Translations under genes and position numbers: made by a program
Notes under the pieces: model-generated
Told to the model about the DNA's origin: nothing
Database searches by the model: none
The model's input: the letters and a program-made list of their open reading frames with translations, nothing else
Shown: positions 1-9,485 of the stretch, piece by piece
Position numbering within the stretch: the first letter of the stretch is position 1
Layout: each line of letters begins with the position of its first letter
Origin: Desulfobaccales bacterium
GTDB lineage: Bacteria > Desulfobacterota > Desulfobaccia > Desulfobaccales > 0-14-0-80-60-11
DNA: 64,000 nucleotides
Direction of reading: 5' to 3'
Assembly (NCBI GenBank): GCA_052326585.1
Contig: JBKQLU010000005.1
Location: 471-64,470 of the forward strand

Positions 1-124
1 TAGGAGAAGAAAGGATTTCAGGAGCCCGGAAGATAAGATCGCATCATAAGCTTTGGTTTATCTCAGTGCAGCAGTTCATTAACCCAGAAGGTAGAAAGAC
101 AGAAAAGGCCAACAGGGGTTGACA

Positions 125-751
125 ATGCCCGGTGGATTAATTGGCAAGAAATTAGGGATGACCCAGATCTTCGATTCCGGTGGCCTGGCAGTGCCGGTCA
201 CGGTCATCGAAGCCGGCCCGTGCTTTGTGGTGCAGGAAAAGACCGGCGCCAAAGAGGGCTACCAGGCCTTGCAGTTGGGCTTTGCCCGCCGCCCCCTGGA
301 GAAGCTGAACAAGCCGGAAAAGGGTCATTTGCAAAAGCACGGCGCCAAGAGCGGCTTCAAGTATCTCCGGGAGGTGCGCCTCTCCGAGGCCGGTTCCTTT
401 ACCGAGGGCCAGGAGATCACCGTCGCGCAGTTCGTCATCGGGGACCTGGTGAACATCACCGGCACAAGCAAGGGGCGCGGCTTTGCCGGCACCATAAAGC
501 GCTGGAAATTCCATCGCGGCCCCATGAGCCATGGCTCTATGAACCATCGGGCGCCCGGCTCTATCGGCGCCAGCGCGTATCCCTCCCGGGTCGTTCCCGG
601 CAAGAAGCTGCCGGGCCAGATGGGCAACGCCCGGGTAACCATGAAGAATCTAGAAGTGATCGACGTGCGCCCGGAATACCATCTGCTGCTGGTGAAAGGC
701 GCGGTGCCCGGCCCCTCCCGGGGCCTCGTATTCATTCGGAAGGTTGGCTGA
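125..751 (+). CDS. rplC: 50S ribosomal protein L3
   Basis: ORF 119..751 has the L3 N-terminus 'GLIGKKLGMTQIF'. First gene of the r-protein cluster. ATG at 125 preferred over TTG at 119; start uncertain. Confidence 0.95.
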   Translation: MPGGLIGKKLGMTQIFDSGGLAVPVTVIEAGPCFVVQEKTGAKEGYQALQLGFARRPLEKLNKPEKGHLQKHGAKSGFKYLREVRLSEAGSFTEGQEITVAQFVIGDLVNITGTSKGRGFAGTIKRWKFHRGPMSHGSMNHRAPGSIGASAYPSRVVPGKKLPGQMGNARVTMKNLEVIDVRPEYHLLLVKGAVPGPSRGLVFIRKVG

Positions 752-755
752 GACC

Positions 756-1379
756 ATGCCCACAGTCGATATCTATAATATTCAGAAGGAAAAGGTCGGG
801 GAGCTGGACCTCAAGGATAGCATCTTTGGGGTGGAGGTGCGGGGCGACGTGCTCCACGAGGTGGTGACCTGGCAGCGGGCTTGCCGCCGCGGCGGCAATG
901 CCTGCACCAAGACCCGGGGGGAAGTGCGCGGCGGTGGCCGTAAGCCCTGGCGCCAGAAAGGCAGCGGCCGGGCCCGGTCCGGCAGCAATCGCTCCCCTAT
1001 CTGGAAGGGGGGCGGCACCACCTTCGGCCCCAGACCCCGGAGCTACGCCTATACCTTGCCCAAGAAGGTGCGGCGGCTGGCCCTGAAGATGGCCTTGAGC
1101 AGCAAGCTTACGAGCGGCCAACTGCTGGTTCTGGATGCTTATCCGCACCAGCAGCCCAAAACCAAGGATTTTATGGCGGTTCTCAAGACCTTCGCGATCG
1201 GCAAGGCCCTGTTCATCTCCCCGGCCGCGAACGAGGCCCTGGAGTTGAGCGCCCGGAACGTGCCCGGGGTCCAGGTGATGCTGCCGTTGGGCCTAAACGT
1301 TTATGACATATTGAAGTACGACCACCTGGTGCTGCTTTCCCCGGCGCTGGCGGCCATCGAGGCGAGGTTGGCCAAATGA
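756..1379 (+). CDS. rplD: 50S ribosomal protein L4
   Basis: ORF 744..1379 has '[16 protein letters not shown]' and follows rplC. ATG at 756 preferred because the TTG at 744 has no spacing to GGAAGG. Confidence 0.95.
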   Translation: MPTVDIYNIQKEKVGELDLKDSIFGVEVRGDVLHEVVTWQRACRRGGNACTKTRGEVRGGGRKPWRQKGSGRARSGSNRSPIWKGGGTTFGPRPRSYAYTLPKKVRRLALKMALSSKLTSGQLLVLDAYPHQQPKTKDFMAVLKTFAIGKALFISPAANEALELSARNVPGVQVMLPLGLNVYDILKYDHLVLLSPALAAIEARLAK

Positions 1380-1666
1380 AGGCTTATTATCAGCTCATCA
1401 AGGGGCCCATCATTACGGAAAAGTCCCATTCCCTGAAGGAGGCGGCCAACAAGCTGACCCTGAAGGTGGATGTCAAGGCCAACAAGATCGAGATCCGCAA
1501 GGCCATCGAAGCCATCTTCAAGGTGAAGGTCTTGGGGGTGAACACCATCCAGATGCAGGGCAAAAAGAAACAGGTGGGAAAGAAAGAAGGGGTGCGTTCC
1601 CGTTGGAAGAAGGCCATCGTCACCCTGGCCCCCGGGGAAAAGATTCCCGGTTACGAAGGGCTGTAA
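1376..1666 (+). CDS. rplW: 50S ribosomal protein L23
   Basis: 96 aa with 'IKGPIITEKS'. ATGA overlap with the rplD stop; conserved order. Confidence 0.95.
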   Translation: MKAYYQLIKGPIITEKSHSLKEAANKLTLKVDVKANKIEIRKAIEAIFKVKVLGVNTIQMQGKKKQVGKKEGVRSRWKKAIVTLAPGEKIPGYEGL

Positions 1667-1731
1667 GGGATAGTGGTCAGCGGCCAGTAGGATCAAAGAA
1701 GAGTTATCGAATTTAAAAAGGATTAATAGCA

Positions 1732-2562
1732 ATGGCCTTGATAACCCGGAAGCCAACCTCCGCCGGGCGGCGGCATCAGACGGCCCTCGATTTTGCCGAG
1801 ATCAGCCGCGGCGCCCCGGAGAAGAGCCTGGTAAGGACCTTGAAAAAGTCCGGGGGCCGCAACAGCTACGGCCGGGTCACCTGCCGCCACCGGGGCGGCG
1901 GGCATAAACGGCGCTATCGGCTCATCGACTTTAAACGCAACAAGCTGGGGGTGGAGGCGCGGGTGGCGGCCATCGAATACGATCCCAACCGCACCAGCCA
2001 CATTGCCCTGCTCCATTATCTCGACGGGGAGAAGCGTTATATTCTGGCTCCCCAGGATTTGCAGGTGGGCGCCATGGTGGTGGCCGGGCCCGAGGTTGAC
2101 ATCAAGCCGGGCAATTCCATGACCCTGGCCAATATTCCCACCGGCACCCTGGTGCACAACGTGGAGCTGAAGCCAGGCAAGGGCGGGCAGCTAGCCCGGG
2201 CCGCGGGCGTTTACGCCCAGTTGATGGCCAGGGAAGGGAAGAACGCGCATCTGAAGCTGCCTTCCGGGGAAGTGCGTATGGTCTCGGTGGATTGCCGGGC
2301 CACCATCGGCCAGTTGAGCAATGCGGAACAGGAAAATGTCAACCTGGGCAAGGCCGGGCGCAAGCGCTGGTTGGGGAAGCGGCCCCACGTGCGGGGCGTC
2401 GCCATGAACCCGGTGGACCATCCCATGGGCGGCGGCGAAGGCAAGTCCTCCGGGGGACGGCATCCGGTGACCCCCTGGGGGGTGCCCACCAAGGGCTTCA
2501 AGACCCGCAAAAAGCCCAAAGACAGCGACCGCAACATCATCAAACACCGGTCTAAGAAGTAG
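1732..2562 (+). CDS. rplB: 50S ribosomal protein L2
   Basis: 276 aa with '[18 protein letters not shown]' and '[16 protein letters not shown]'. Confidence 0.97.
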   Translation: MALITRKPTSAGRRHQTALDFAEISRGAPEKSLVRTLKKSGGRNSYGRVTCRHRGGGHKRRYRLIDFKRNKLGVEARVAAIEYDPNRTSHIALLHYLDGEKRYILAPQDLQVGAMVVAGPEVDIKPGNSMTLANIPTGTLVHNVELKPGKGGQLARAAGVYAQLMAREGKNAHLKLPSGEVRMVSVDCRATIGQLSNAEQENVNLGKAGRKRWLGKRPHVRGVAMNPVDHPMGGGEGKSSGGRHPVTPWGVPTKGFKTRKKPKDSDRNIIKHRSKK

Positions 2563-2573
2563 AGGGGAGAGAT

Positions 2574-2858
2574 GTGGCCCGTTCACTGAAAAAGGGACCC
2601 TACGTGCAGGATAGCCTGGAGGCCAAGGTACATACGGCCCGGGAGACCCAGGACCGCCGGGTGATCAAGACCTGGTCCCGGCGTTCCACCATCACCCCGG
2701 ACTTTATCGGCCTGACCCTGGCGGTGCATAACGGCAAGAAGTTCATCCCGGTGTACGTCACGGAGAACATGGTGGGGCACAAGCTGGGGGAGTTCGCCCC
2801 CACCCGCCACTTTGGCGGCCACGCCGGGGATCGCAAATCGAAAGTGGGTAAGAAATAG
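2574..2858 (+). CDS. rpsS: 30S ribosomal protein S19
   Basis: 94 aa with '[10 protein letters not shown]...[29 protein letters not shown]'. GTG start after a purine-rich RBS. Confidence 0.96.
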   Translation: MARSLKKGPYVQDSLEAKVHTARETQDRRVIKTWSRRSTITPDFIGLTLAVHNGKKFIPVYVTENMVGHKLGEFAPTRHFGGHAGDRKSKVGKK

Positions 2859-2860
2859 TT

Positions 2861-3202
2861 ATGGATATCACAGCCCGCGCCAAATACTTGCGCATCTCGC
2901 CGCGCAAACTGCGCCTGGTAGCCGAGTTGCTGTCGGGCAAAAAGGTAGGGGACGCCCTCTCCATGCTGCAGTTTCTGCCGCAGCGGGGCGCCAAGCTCGT
3001 GCGCAAGGTGATGGTGGCCGCGGTGGCCAACGCCGAACAACGCTCCCAGGTGGATGTGGACACCCTGGTGGTCAAAGGGGTCCAGGTGGACGGCGGCCCC
3101 AGCCTGAAGCGCTTTCAGGCCAGGGCCATGGGGCGGGTCAACCGCATCCTCAAGAGAAGCAGTCACATTACCGTGGTCCTCAAGGAAGGGCCCAGGAAAT
3201 GA
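2861..3202 (+). CDS. rplV: 50S ribosomal protein L22
   Basis: 113 aa with 'ARAKYLRISPRKLRLVA'; conserved position. Confidence 0.95.
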   Translation: MDITARAKYLRISPRKLRLVAELLSGKKVGDALSMLQFLPQRGAKLVRKVMVAAVANAEQRSQVDVDTLVVKGVQVDGGPSLKRFQARAMGRVNRILKRSSHITVVLKEGPRK

Positions 3203-3301
3203 TGAAAGAGTTGCCAGTTGCCAGTATCTAGGCTGGGGTACCCACTTTAACTACTGAGAACTGGGAACTAATGACTGGGAACTGAAACAAGGAGGCAGGG
3301 A

Positions 3302-3955
3302 TTGGGCCAAAAAGTTCACCCCATCGGATTCCGCCTGGGGAGCTACCGTAAATGGGATTCCGTGTGGTTTGCCCGGAAGGATTTCGCTGCCCTGGTGCTG
3401 GAGGACCGCCGGATTCGGCTGTTCATCAAGGAAGATCGGGAGCTCAAGGGGTCGGGGATCGCCCTGGTTGATATTAAAAGGGCAGCCAACAAGCTGACCA
3501 TCAAAATTCATACCTCGCGGCCGGGGATGGTCATCGGCCAAAAGGGCAAAAAGATCGAAGAGCTGCGGCGCCGCCTGGAGAAGTTGGTGGGCCGGGAAAT
3601 GGTGATCGACGTCCAAGAGGTGCGGAAACCGGAGATCAATGCCCAGTTGGTGGCGGAAAACATCGCCCAGCAATTGGAGCGCCGGGTCTCCTTTCGGCGG
3701 GCCATGAAAAAGTCGGTGGGCCAGGCCTTGAAGTTCGGGGCCAAGGGCATCAAGATCCGCTGCAAAGGCCGCCTGGCCGGGGCGGAAATCGCCCGGCAGG
3801 AATGGTACCGGGAAGGGCGGGTGCCGCTGCACACCTTGCGGGCCTACCTCGATTACGGTTTCGCCGAGGCCAAGACCACTTACGGCATCATCGGGGTGAA
3901 GACCTGGATCTTCCACGGCGAGATCATAGGCGCGGAAGAAGGCATGAGCTATTAA
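3302..3955 (+). CDS. rpsC: 30S ribosomal protein S3
   Basis: 217 aa with '[13 protein letters not shown]' and a KH domain '[15 protein letters not shown]'. TTG start after AAGGAGG. Confidence 0.96.
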   Translation: MGQKVHPIGFRLGSYRKWDSVWFARKDFAALVLEDRRIRLFIKEDRELKGSGIALVDIKRAANKLTIKIHTSRPGMVIGQKGKKIEELRRRLEKLVGREMVIDVQEVRKPEINAQLVAENIAQQLERRVSFRRAMKKSVGQALKFGAKGIKIRCKGRLAGAEIARQEWYREGRVPLHTLRAYLDYGFAEAKTTYGIIGVKTWIFHGEIIGAEEGMSY

Positions 3956-4020
3956 GAGAGGCGGGCAGCCTGGTTAAAGCTGAATGACTTGCGGGTGAAT
4001 CAGAGAGACGGGATAGAAAA

Positions 4021-4482
4021 ATGCTGGCTCCGAAACGAGTAAAACATCGCAAGGTGATGAAGGGGCGCCGGCGGGGCCAGGCCACCCGGGGCAACTTTAT
4101 CGCCTTCGGGGATTACGGCCTGACGGCCCTGGAATGCGGCTGGATCACCGCCCAACAGATCGAGGCGGCCCGGATCGCCATCACGCGCCACGTGAAACGG
4201 GGCGGTCAGGTATGGATCCGGGTATTTCCCGACAAACCCTTCACCAAGAAGCCGGCGGAGACCAGGATGGGCAAAGGCAAAGGCTCACCCGAGGGTTGGG
4301 TGGCGGTCATCCGCCCGGGCCTGGTCCTCTACGAGATGGCGGGGGTGGAGCGGGATGTAGCCGTGGAGGCAATGCGCCTGGCCTCCCACAAGTTGCCGCT
4401 GCGCACCAAATTTGTGGAGCGGGTTGTAAGCGGCGCCCTGTTGGCTCCCGCGGCGGCCGCCAAGACGGAGGCGGAGTCATGA
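4021..4482 (+). CDS. rplP: 50S ribosomal protein L16
   Basis: 153 aa with '[19 protein letters not shown]...[17 protein letters not shown]'. Confidence 0.96.
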   Translation: MLAPKRVKHRKVMKGRRRGQATRGNFIAFGDYGLTALECGWITAQQIEAARIAITRHVKRGGQVWIRVFPDKPFTKKPAETRMGKGKGSPEGWVAVIRPGLVLYEMAGVERDVAVEAMRLASHKLPLRTKFVERVVSGALLAPAAAAKTEAES

Positions 4483-4676
4483 AGGCCGCCGACCTGAGGG
4501 ACCTGACTACCGAGGAGTTGGAGGCCAAGCTGAAAGAGGTCTCGGATGAACTATTCAACCTGGGTTTCCAGCACAGCCGGCAGCAGTTGGATAATACCGC
4601 CCGGTTGGGCCAGGCCCGGAAAGACCTGGCCCGGATCAAGACGGAGCTCAGGGTCAAAACTGGAATAAAGCAATAG
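4479..4676 (+). CDS. rpmC: 50S ribosomal protein L29
   Basis: 65-aa internal ATG of ORF 4134..4676 ('[20 protein letters not shown]'). ATGA overlap with the rplP stop. Confidence 0.92.
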   Translation: MKAADLRDLTTEELEAKLKEVSDELFNLGFQHSRQQLDNTARLGQARKDLARIKTELRVKTGIKQ

Positions 4677-4696
4677 CCGGGAAGGTATAGGTAGAT

Positions 4697-4957
4697 ATGG
4701 AAACAGCGCGGGGTATCCGTAAGACCCAGGTAGGTTTGGTGGTCAGCGACAAGATGGACAAGACCGTGGTGGTCGAGGTGAAGCGCCTGGTGGCCCATCC
4801 CCTCTATCACAAGATCATCCGGCGCAGGGTGAAGATCAAGGCCCATGACCCCCAGAACAACTGCCAGGTGGGAGACAAAGTGCTGCTGGAAGAGACCCGG
4901 CCCATCAGCCGGGACAAACGCTGGCGCATCAAGCAGATCTTGGAGAAGGCCCAATAA
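4697..4957 (+). CDS. rpsQ: 30S ribosomal protein S17
   Basis: 86 aa with '[17 protein letters not shown]...[10 protein letters not shown]'. Confidence 0.95.
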   Translation: METARGIRKTQVGLVVSDKMDKTVVVEVKRLVAHPLYHKIIRRRVKIKAHDPQNNCQVGDKVLLEETRPISRDKRWRIKQILEKAQ

Positions 4958-4986
4958 GCGGCAGCCGCCTTTATGGATAAACGACC

Positions 4987-5355
4987 ATGATTCAGGTACA
5001 CACACAGATGACGGTGGCGGATAACTCCGGGGCCAAGAAGGTCTTCTGCATCCGCGTCCTGGGCGGTACTCGCAGAAGGTACGCCCGGGTGGGGGATATT
5101 GTCGTGGTGTCGGTAAAGGAAGCCCTGCCGCATTCCAAGGTCAAGAAGGGCGACGTGATGCGGGCGGTGGTGGTGCGCACCGTCAAGGAAATGCGGCGCC
5201 CCGACGGCTCTTACATCAAATTTGACGACAACTCCGCGGTGCTCATCAACCCGGCGGGCGACCCCATCGGGACCCGCATCTTCGGACCGGTGGCCCGGGA
5301 GCTGCGGGCGAAAAGGTTCATGAAGATCATCTCTCTGGCCCCGGAGGTGCTGTGA
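4987..5355 (+). CDS. rplN: 50S ribosomal protein L14
   Basis: 122 aa with '[19 protein letters not shown]'. Confidence 0.97.
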   Translation: MIQVHTQMTVADNSGAKKVFCIRVLGGTRRRYARVGDIVVVSVKEALPHSKVKKGDVMRAVVVRTVKEMRRPDGSYIKFDDNSAVLINPAGDPIGTRIFGPVARELRAKRFMKIISLAPEVL

Positions 5356-5708
5356 TGGCCCGGTCTCGGAAACTCAGGCAACCAGCGCTCAGGACCCGCC
5401 TCAAGAAGAACGATCTGGTGGAGGTGATCGCCGGTAAGGAACAGGGCAAGACTGGTAAGATCCTCAAGGTCATTCGCGAAAAAAACCAGGTACTCCTGGA
5501 AAAGATCAACATGATCAAGCGCCACACCCGGGCCAGCCCCACCACCGGGCAGGGGGGCATCGTCGAAAAAGAGGGGCCGATCCACGTCTCCAAGGTGAAG
5601 CTGGTTTGCCCTAAATGCGCCACAGCTACCCGCTTCGGCCTGGGCCGGACCGGCGAAGGGAAAAAGGCGCGGGTCTGCGGGAAATGCAAGGAATTTATTG
5701 ATGGCTGA
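5355..5708 (+). CDS. rplX: 50S ribosomal protein L24
   Basis: KOW motif '[24 protein letters not shown]'. TGATG overlap with the rplN stop. Carries C-x2-C...C-x2-C ('CPKC...CGKC'). Confidence 0.94.
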   Translation: MARSRKLRQPALRTRLKKNDLVEVIAGKEQGKTGKILKVIREKNQVLLEKINMIKRHTRASPTTGQGGIVEKEGPIHVSKVKLVCPKCATATRFGLGRTGEGKKARVCGKCKEFIDG

Positions 5709-6576
5709 AAAAGAGAAGACCGCGAAGGCCAAGGCGGCGCCGGCCGCCAAGGGCGACAGCAAGGCCGCCGCCAAGGGCGAGGCCAAGGCCACCGCCAAGG
5801 TCGACAGCAAGGCCACCGCCAAGGGCGACACCAAGCCCGTGGTGCCGGGCGAGACCAAGGCGGCGGTGCCGGGCGAGACCAAGGCCGCGGCCAAGGCCCA
5901 AGGCAAGGCTGAGGCCAAGGGCAAGCCTGAGGGCAAAGGCAAGCCTGAGGGCAAAGGCAAGGCTGAGGGCAAAGGCAAGGCCGAGGCCAAGGCGACGCCG
6001 GCGGCGGTTGCCGAGGCCCCCCCGGCCGAAAAATTCGCGGCCCGGCTGTGGGATTATTACCGGACCGAGTGTGTGCCCCGCATGATGCAGGAGTTTCACT
6101 ACACCAGCCCCATGCAGGCGCCCCGGGTTAAGAAGATCGTCATCAATCTGGGGTTGGGCGAGGCGATCCAAAACATCAAGCTCCTGGAGTCGGCCAGCGC
6201 TGAACTGACCGCCATCGCCGGACAGAAACCGGTGGTGACCCGGGCCAAGAAGTCCATCGCGGCCTTCAAGCTGCGGGAGGGGATGCCCATCGGCTGCATG
6301 GTTACCCTGCGCCGGGAGCGGATGTATTTCTTCCTGGATAAACTGGTGAATGTGGTGCTTCCCAGGGTGCGGGACTTCCGAGGCGTATCGGACAAGGCCT
6401 TCGACGGGCGGGGCAACTATACCCTGGGTATCCGGGAGCAGATCATCTTCCCGGAGATTGATTACGACAAGATCGACAAGATCAAGGGCATGAACATCAC
6501 CATCGTCACCTCTGCCCGCAGCGACGAGGAAGGCAGGTTTCTCTTGCATCTATTGGGCTTGCCCTTTAAGAAATAG
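5701..6576 (+). CDS. rplE: 50S ribosomal protein L5 with ~110-aa Ala/Lys/Gly/Glu-repeat N-terminal extension
   Basis: C-terminal 180 aa is canonical L5 ('[31 protein letters not shown]'). ATG at 5701 is coupled to the rplX stop (ATGGCTGA). The open frame is continuous through the repeats. Confidence 0.9.
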   Translation: MAEKEKTAKAKAAPAAKGDSKAAAKGEAKATAKVDSKATAKGDTKPVVPGETKAAVPGETKAAAKAQGKAEAKGKPEGKGKPEGKGKAEGKGKAEAKATPAAVAEAPPAEKFAARLWDYYRTECVPRMMQEFHYTSPMQAPRVKKIVINLGLGEAIQNIKLLESASAELTAIAGQKPVVTRAKKSIAAFKLREGMPIGCMVTLRRERMYFFLDKLVNVVLPRVRDFRGVSDKAFDGRGNYTLGIREQIIFPEIDYDKIDKIKGMNITIVTSARSDEEGRFLLHLLGLPFKK

Positions 6577-6617
6577 AGGCGGGGGCAGATGTCAAGCCCG
6601 CTCCCGCGGAGACCCGA

Positions 6618-6803
6618 ATGGCCAAGAAATCATTGATAGCCAAGGCAAAACGGACCCCCAAGTTTGCAGTGCAAAAATACCATCGCTGTCCATTGTGCGG
6701 CCGCCCCCGGGCCTTTCTGCGCCGGTTCGGCATTTGCCGCATCTGTTTCCGTAATCTGGCCCTCCGGGGAGAGATCCCCGGGGTGACGAAATCGAGTTGG
6801 TAA
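6618..6803 (+). CDS. rpsN: 30S ribosomal protein S14, type Z (zinc-binding)
   Basis: 61 aa with 'CPLCGRP...CRIC' zinc ribbon; conserved position. Confidence 0.95.
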   Translation: MAKKSLIAKAKRTPKFAVQKYHRCPLCGRPRAFLRRFGICRICFRNLALRGEIPGVTKSSW

Positions 6804-6809
6804 CCAAAG

Positions 6810-7208
6810 ATGAGCATGACCGACCCCATCGCCGACATGTTGACCCGGATACGCAACGCCGGGGTGGCCCGTTTCGACAAGGTGGATATCCCGGCGTCCC
6901 GCATGAAGATCAGCCTGGCCCGCATCCTCAAGGAGGAGGGCTTCATCAAGAACTACAAGGTGATCAAGGACAACCGCCAGGGGCTGCTGCGGGTCTATCT
7001 CAAATATTTTGAACACCAGAGGCCGCTGATTCAGGGCTTGCGGCGGGTAAGCAAACCCGGGTGCCGGGTTTACTGCAACCATCTAGAGCTGCCGAAGGTC
7101 CAGGCGGGCCTGGGGATGGCGATCGTCTCCACCTCCCAGGGCGTCGTGACCGACCGGCAGGCCCGGAAACTGCAAGTGGGCGGAGAAATTCTCTGCGAGA
7201 TCTGGTAA
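6810..7208 (+). CDS. rpsH: 30S ribosomal protein S8
   Basis: 132 aa with 'MTDPIADMLTRIRNA'. Confidence 0.96.
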   Translation: MSMTDPIADMLTRIRNAGVARFDKVDIPASRMKISLARILKEEGFIKNYKVIKDNRQGLLRVYLKYFEHQRPLIQGLRRVSKPGCRVYCNHLELPKVQAGLGMAIVSTSQGVVTDRQARKLQVGGEILCEIW

Positions 7209-7217
7209 GGGTGAATC

Positions 7218-7757
7218 ATGAGCCGCATCGGTAAGAAACCTGTGCCTTTGTCCCCGGGGGTGAAGGCGGCGCTTAAAGACGGGAGTTTAACGGTCACGGG
7301 CCCCCTGGGGACCTTGAGCCAACTGATGCCGCCCCGGATCAACGTCGACATCGGGGCCAAGGAGATCACCTTGATTCCCCAGGACGACTCCCGCCTGAGC
7401 CGCTCCTATTGGGGGCTGGCCCGGACCCTGGCGGCCAACATGGTCACCGGGGTCAGCGAGGGTTTTACCCGGGTGCTGGAGCTGGTGGGCACCGGCTACA
7501 AGGTGGAGAGCAAGGCCGACGCCCTGATCTTCAGCCTGGGTTATTCCAACCCGGTGAATTTTCCCCTGCCCAAAGGGATCAGCGCCAAGGTGGAAAAGGC
7601 CACCCGCATCGAATTGAAGGGCTACGACAAGGAGATGCTGGGCAAGACCTGCGCGGTGCTCCGGGCCTTGCGGCCACCGGACCCCTATAAGGGCAAGGGG
7701 ATTAAATATGCAGGCGAAGTATTGCGGCGCAAAGTGGGCAAGGCCGGCGGCCGCTAA
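7218..7757 (+). CDS. rplF: 50S ribosomal protein L6
   Basis: 179 aa with 'MSRIGKKPV...PDPYKGKGIKYAGE'. Confidence 0.96.
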   Translation: MSRIGKKPVPLSPGVKAALKDGSLTVTGPLGTLSQLMPPRINVDIGAKEITLIPQDDSRLSRSYWGLARTLAANMVTGVSEGFTRVLELVGTGYKVESKADALIFSLGYSNPVNFPLPKGISAKVEKATRIELKGYDKEMLGKTCAVLRALRPPDPYKGKGIKYAGEVLRRKVGKAGGR

Positions 7758-7777
7758 GGGAATGAGGTAAGAAGAAG

Positions 7778-8137
7778 ATGAACTCCAAACTGGCGGCAAG
7801 GCTGAAACGGCGGCAGCGCATCCGGCGGAAGATCAGCGGCAGCGAGGCCAGGCCGCGGCTTTCGGTGTTTCGCAGTTCCCGGCATATCTATACCCAGATT
7901 ATCGACGACGGCCAGGGCCGGACCCTGGTGGCGGCTTCCAGCCTGAGCGCCGACCTCAAAGATAGACTGGCCGGGATGAAAAAGTCCGAGGCCGCCAAGG
8001 AAGTGGGCAAGCTCCTGGCCGCCAGGGCCAAAGAGAAGGGCATCTCTCTGGTGGTCTTCGACCGCAGCGGTTTTCTCTACCATGGGCGGATAAAGGCCGT
8101 GGCCGAGAGCTGCCGGGAACACGGGTTGGTGTTTTAG
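7778..8137 (+). CDS. rplR: 50S ribosomal protein L18
   Basis: 119 aa with '[20 protein letters not shown]...[14 protein letters not shown]'. Confidence 0.95.
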   Translation: MNSKLAARLKRRQRIRRKISGSEARPRLSVFRSSRHIYTQIIDDGQGRTLVAASSLSADLKDRLAGMKKSEAAKEVGKLLAARAKEKGISLVVFDRSGFLYHGRIKAVAESCREHGLVF

Positions 8138-8233
8138 CAGGCGGCTGCCGGTTGGCGGCAAGGCCCAGGAAAAGAATTTTAAAAAACTGAAGAATGAAAG
8201 CTGAGAGCTGACAGCTTCTCCCCGGAGGTAAGC

Positions 8234-8734
8234 TTGTTTGATTCAGAGGCAGCGGAACAGCAATTAACCGACAAAGTAGTGAACATCGCCCGGGTCGCCA
8301 AGGTGGTGAAGGGGGGGCGCCGCTTCCGCTTCAGCGCCATCGTGGTGGTTGGTGACGGCCAGGGCAAGGTGGGCGCCGGTTTGGGAAAGGCGCACGAAGT
8401 GCCGGAGGCCATCCGCAAGGCGGTGGAACAGGCCAAAAAGTCCATGATCCAGATCCCCATCCAGAACAGCACCATCCCTTATGCGGTGCTGGGGAAATAC
8501 GGCGCGGGCCAGGTGTTGCTGAAACCGGCCTCGGAGGGCACCGGGGTCATTGCCGGAGGTCCGGTGCGGGCCGTGGTGGAAGTGGCGGGCATCAAGAACG
8601 TCCTCACCAAATGCCTGGGGTCCAACAACCCACACAACGCCGTGAAGGCCACCATGATAGCCCTGAAGCAATTGACCGCTCCGGAGGAGGTGGCCAGCCG
8701 CCGCAACCGGACCCTGGCGGAAATAAGGGGATAG
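8234..8734 (+). CDS. rpsE: 30S ribosomal protein S5
   Basis: 166 aa with '[30 protein letters not shown]'. TTG start after GGAGGT. Confidence 0.94.
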   Translation: MFDSEAAEQQLTDKVVNIARVAKVVKGGRRFRFSAIVVVGDGQGKVGAGLGKAHEVPEAIRKAVEQAKKSMIQIPIQNSTIPYAVLGKYGAGQVLLKPASEGTGVIAGGPVRAVVEVAGIKNVLTKCLGSNNPHNAVKATMIALKQLTAPEEVASRRNRTLAEIRG

Positions 8735-8852
8735 AGGTATTGCAGCCGGCCCCTTGGGGCGCCTGCTGAAAAATGCCAGCAGTAATTCATGAGCCTTTGG
8801 CTCGCCCGAAACGATGAAAAATCTGCAACTTTTTGAAATAGAGAGCCACGCC

Positions 8853-9041
8853 ATGTTTCTGGAAATAACCCTGAAAAAGAGTCCCATCGGCAGGCCGCCG
8901 CAGCACCGCAAGACCTTGCAGACCCTGGGACTGACCCGGATAGAGAAGACGGTGCGCCACCGCGAGACGCCAGCCATTGCCGGCATGGTGCGGCAGGTGA
9001 GCCATCTGGTGGCAGTGCGCCAGATCCCGGAAGGAGAGTAG
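8853..9041 (+). CDS. rpmD: 50S ribosomal protein L30
   Basis: Internal ATG of ORF 8814..9041 gives 62 aa ('[27 protein letters not shown]'), matching L30 length. Start uncertain; 8814 is possible. Confidence 0.88.
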   Translation: MFLEITLKKSPIGRPPQHRKTLQTLGLTRIEKTVRHRETPAIAGMVRQVSHLVAVRQIPEGE

Positions 9042-9044
9042 CCG

Positions 9045-9485
9045 ATGCGACTGTCAGAACTGCAGCCCAGTCCGGGGTCCAAGCATAAGAAGAAGCGGGT
9101 CGGCCGCGGCCCGGGTTCCGGTTGGGGCAAGACTGCGGGCCGGGGCCACAAAGGTCAGAACTCCCGGGCCGGCGCAGGCAAAGGCCCTGGTTTTGAGGGT
9201 GGCCAGATGCCGTTGACCCGGCGGATCCCCAAGCGGGGCTTCACCAACATCTTTCGGCAGCCCTGGGCCATTGTCAACCTGCGGGATTTGAACCGCTTCG
9301 CCCCGGACAGCGTGGTGGATGAGGCGATCCTGAAAGAGGCCGGCCTGGTGGGCGCCAAGACCAGGCGGGTAAAACTTTTGGCCCAGGGGGAAGTGACCAT
9401 GCCCCTGACCGTCAGGGTGCAGGCAGCCAGCGCCCAGGCCCGGGCGCGCATCGAAGCAGCCGGAGGCCGGGTGGAGGTCCCCTAA
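9045..9485 (+). CDS. rplO: 50S ribosomal protein L15
   Basis: 146 aa with '[24 protein letters not shown]'. Confidence 0.95.
   Translation: MRLSELQPSPGSKHKKKRVGRGPGSGWGKTAGRGHKGQNSRAGAGKGPGFEGGQMPLTRRIPKRGFTNIFRQPWAIVNLRDLNRFAPDSVVDEAILKEAGLVGAKTRRVKLLAQGEVTMPLTVRVQAASAQARARIEAAGGRVEVP

Noticed and set aside
1-118. Possible 3' end of rpsJ (S10) at the window start
   Set aside because: None of the three forward frames gives an S10-like C-terminus. At most the first triplet (TAG) could be its stop codon. Not reportable.
5211-5990. 259-aa minus-strand ORF rich in Ala/Leu/Pro repeats
   Set aside because: Exact antisense shadow of the rplE repeat region and rplX. It has no RBS and its composition is the mirror of the AK-rich repeats.
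5701-6030. Alternative that rplE starts at the conserved L5 N-terminus and the repeats are an untranslated spacer
   Set aside because: No ATG, GTG or TTG lies near nt 6000-6040. The frame is open for 330 nt with lysine/alanine codon periodicity, and ATG 5701 is coupled to the rplX stop with an AAGGAA RBS.
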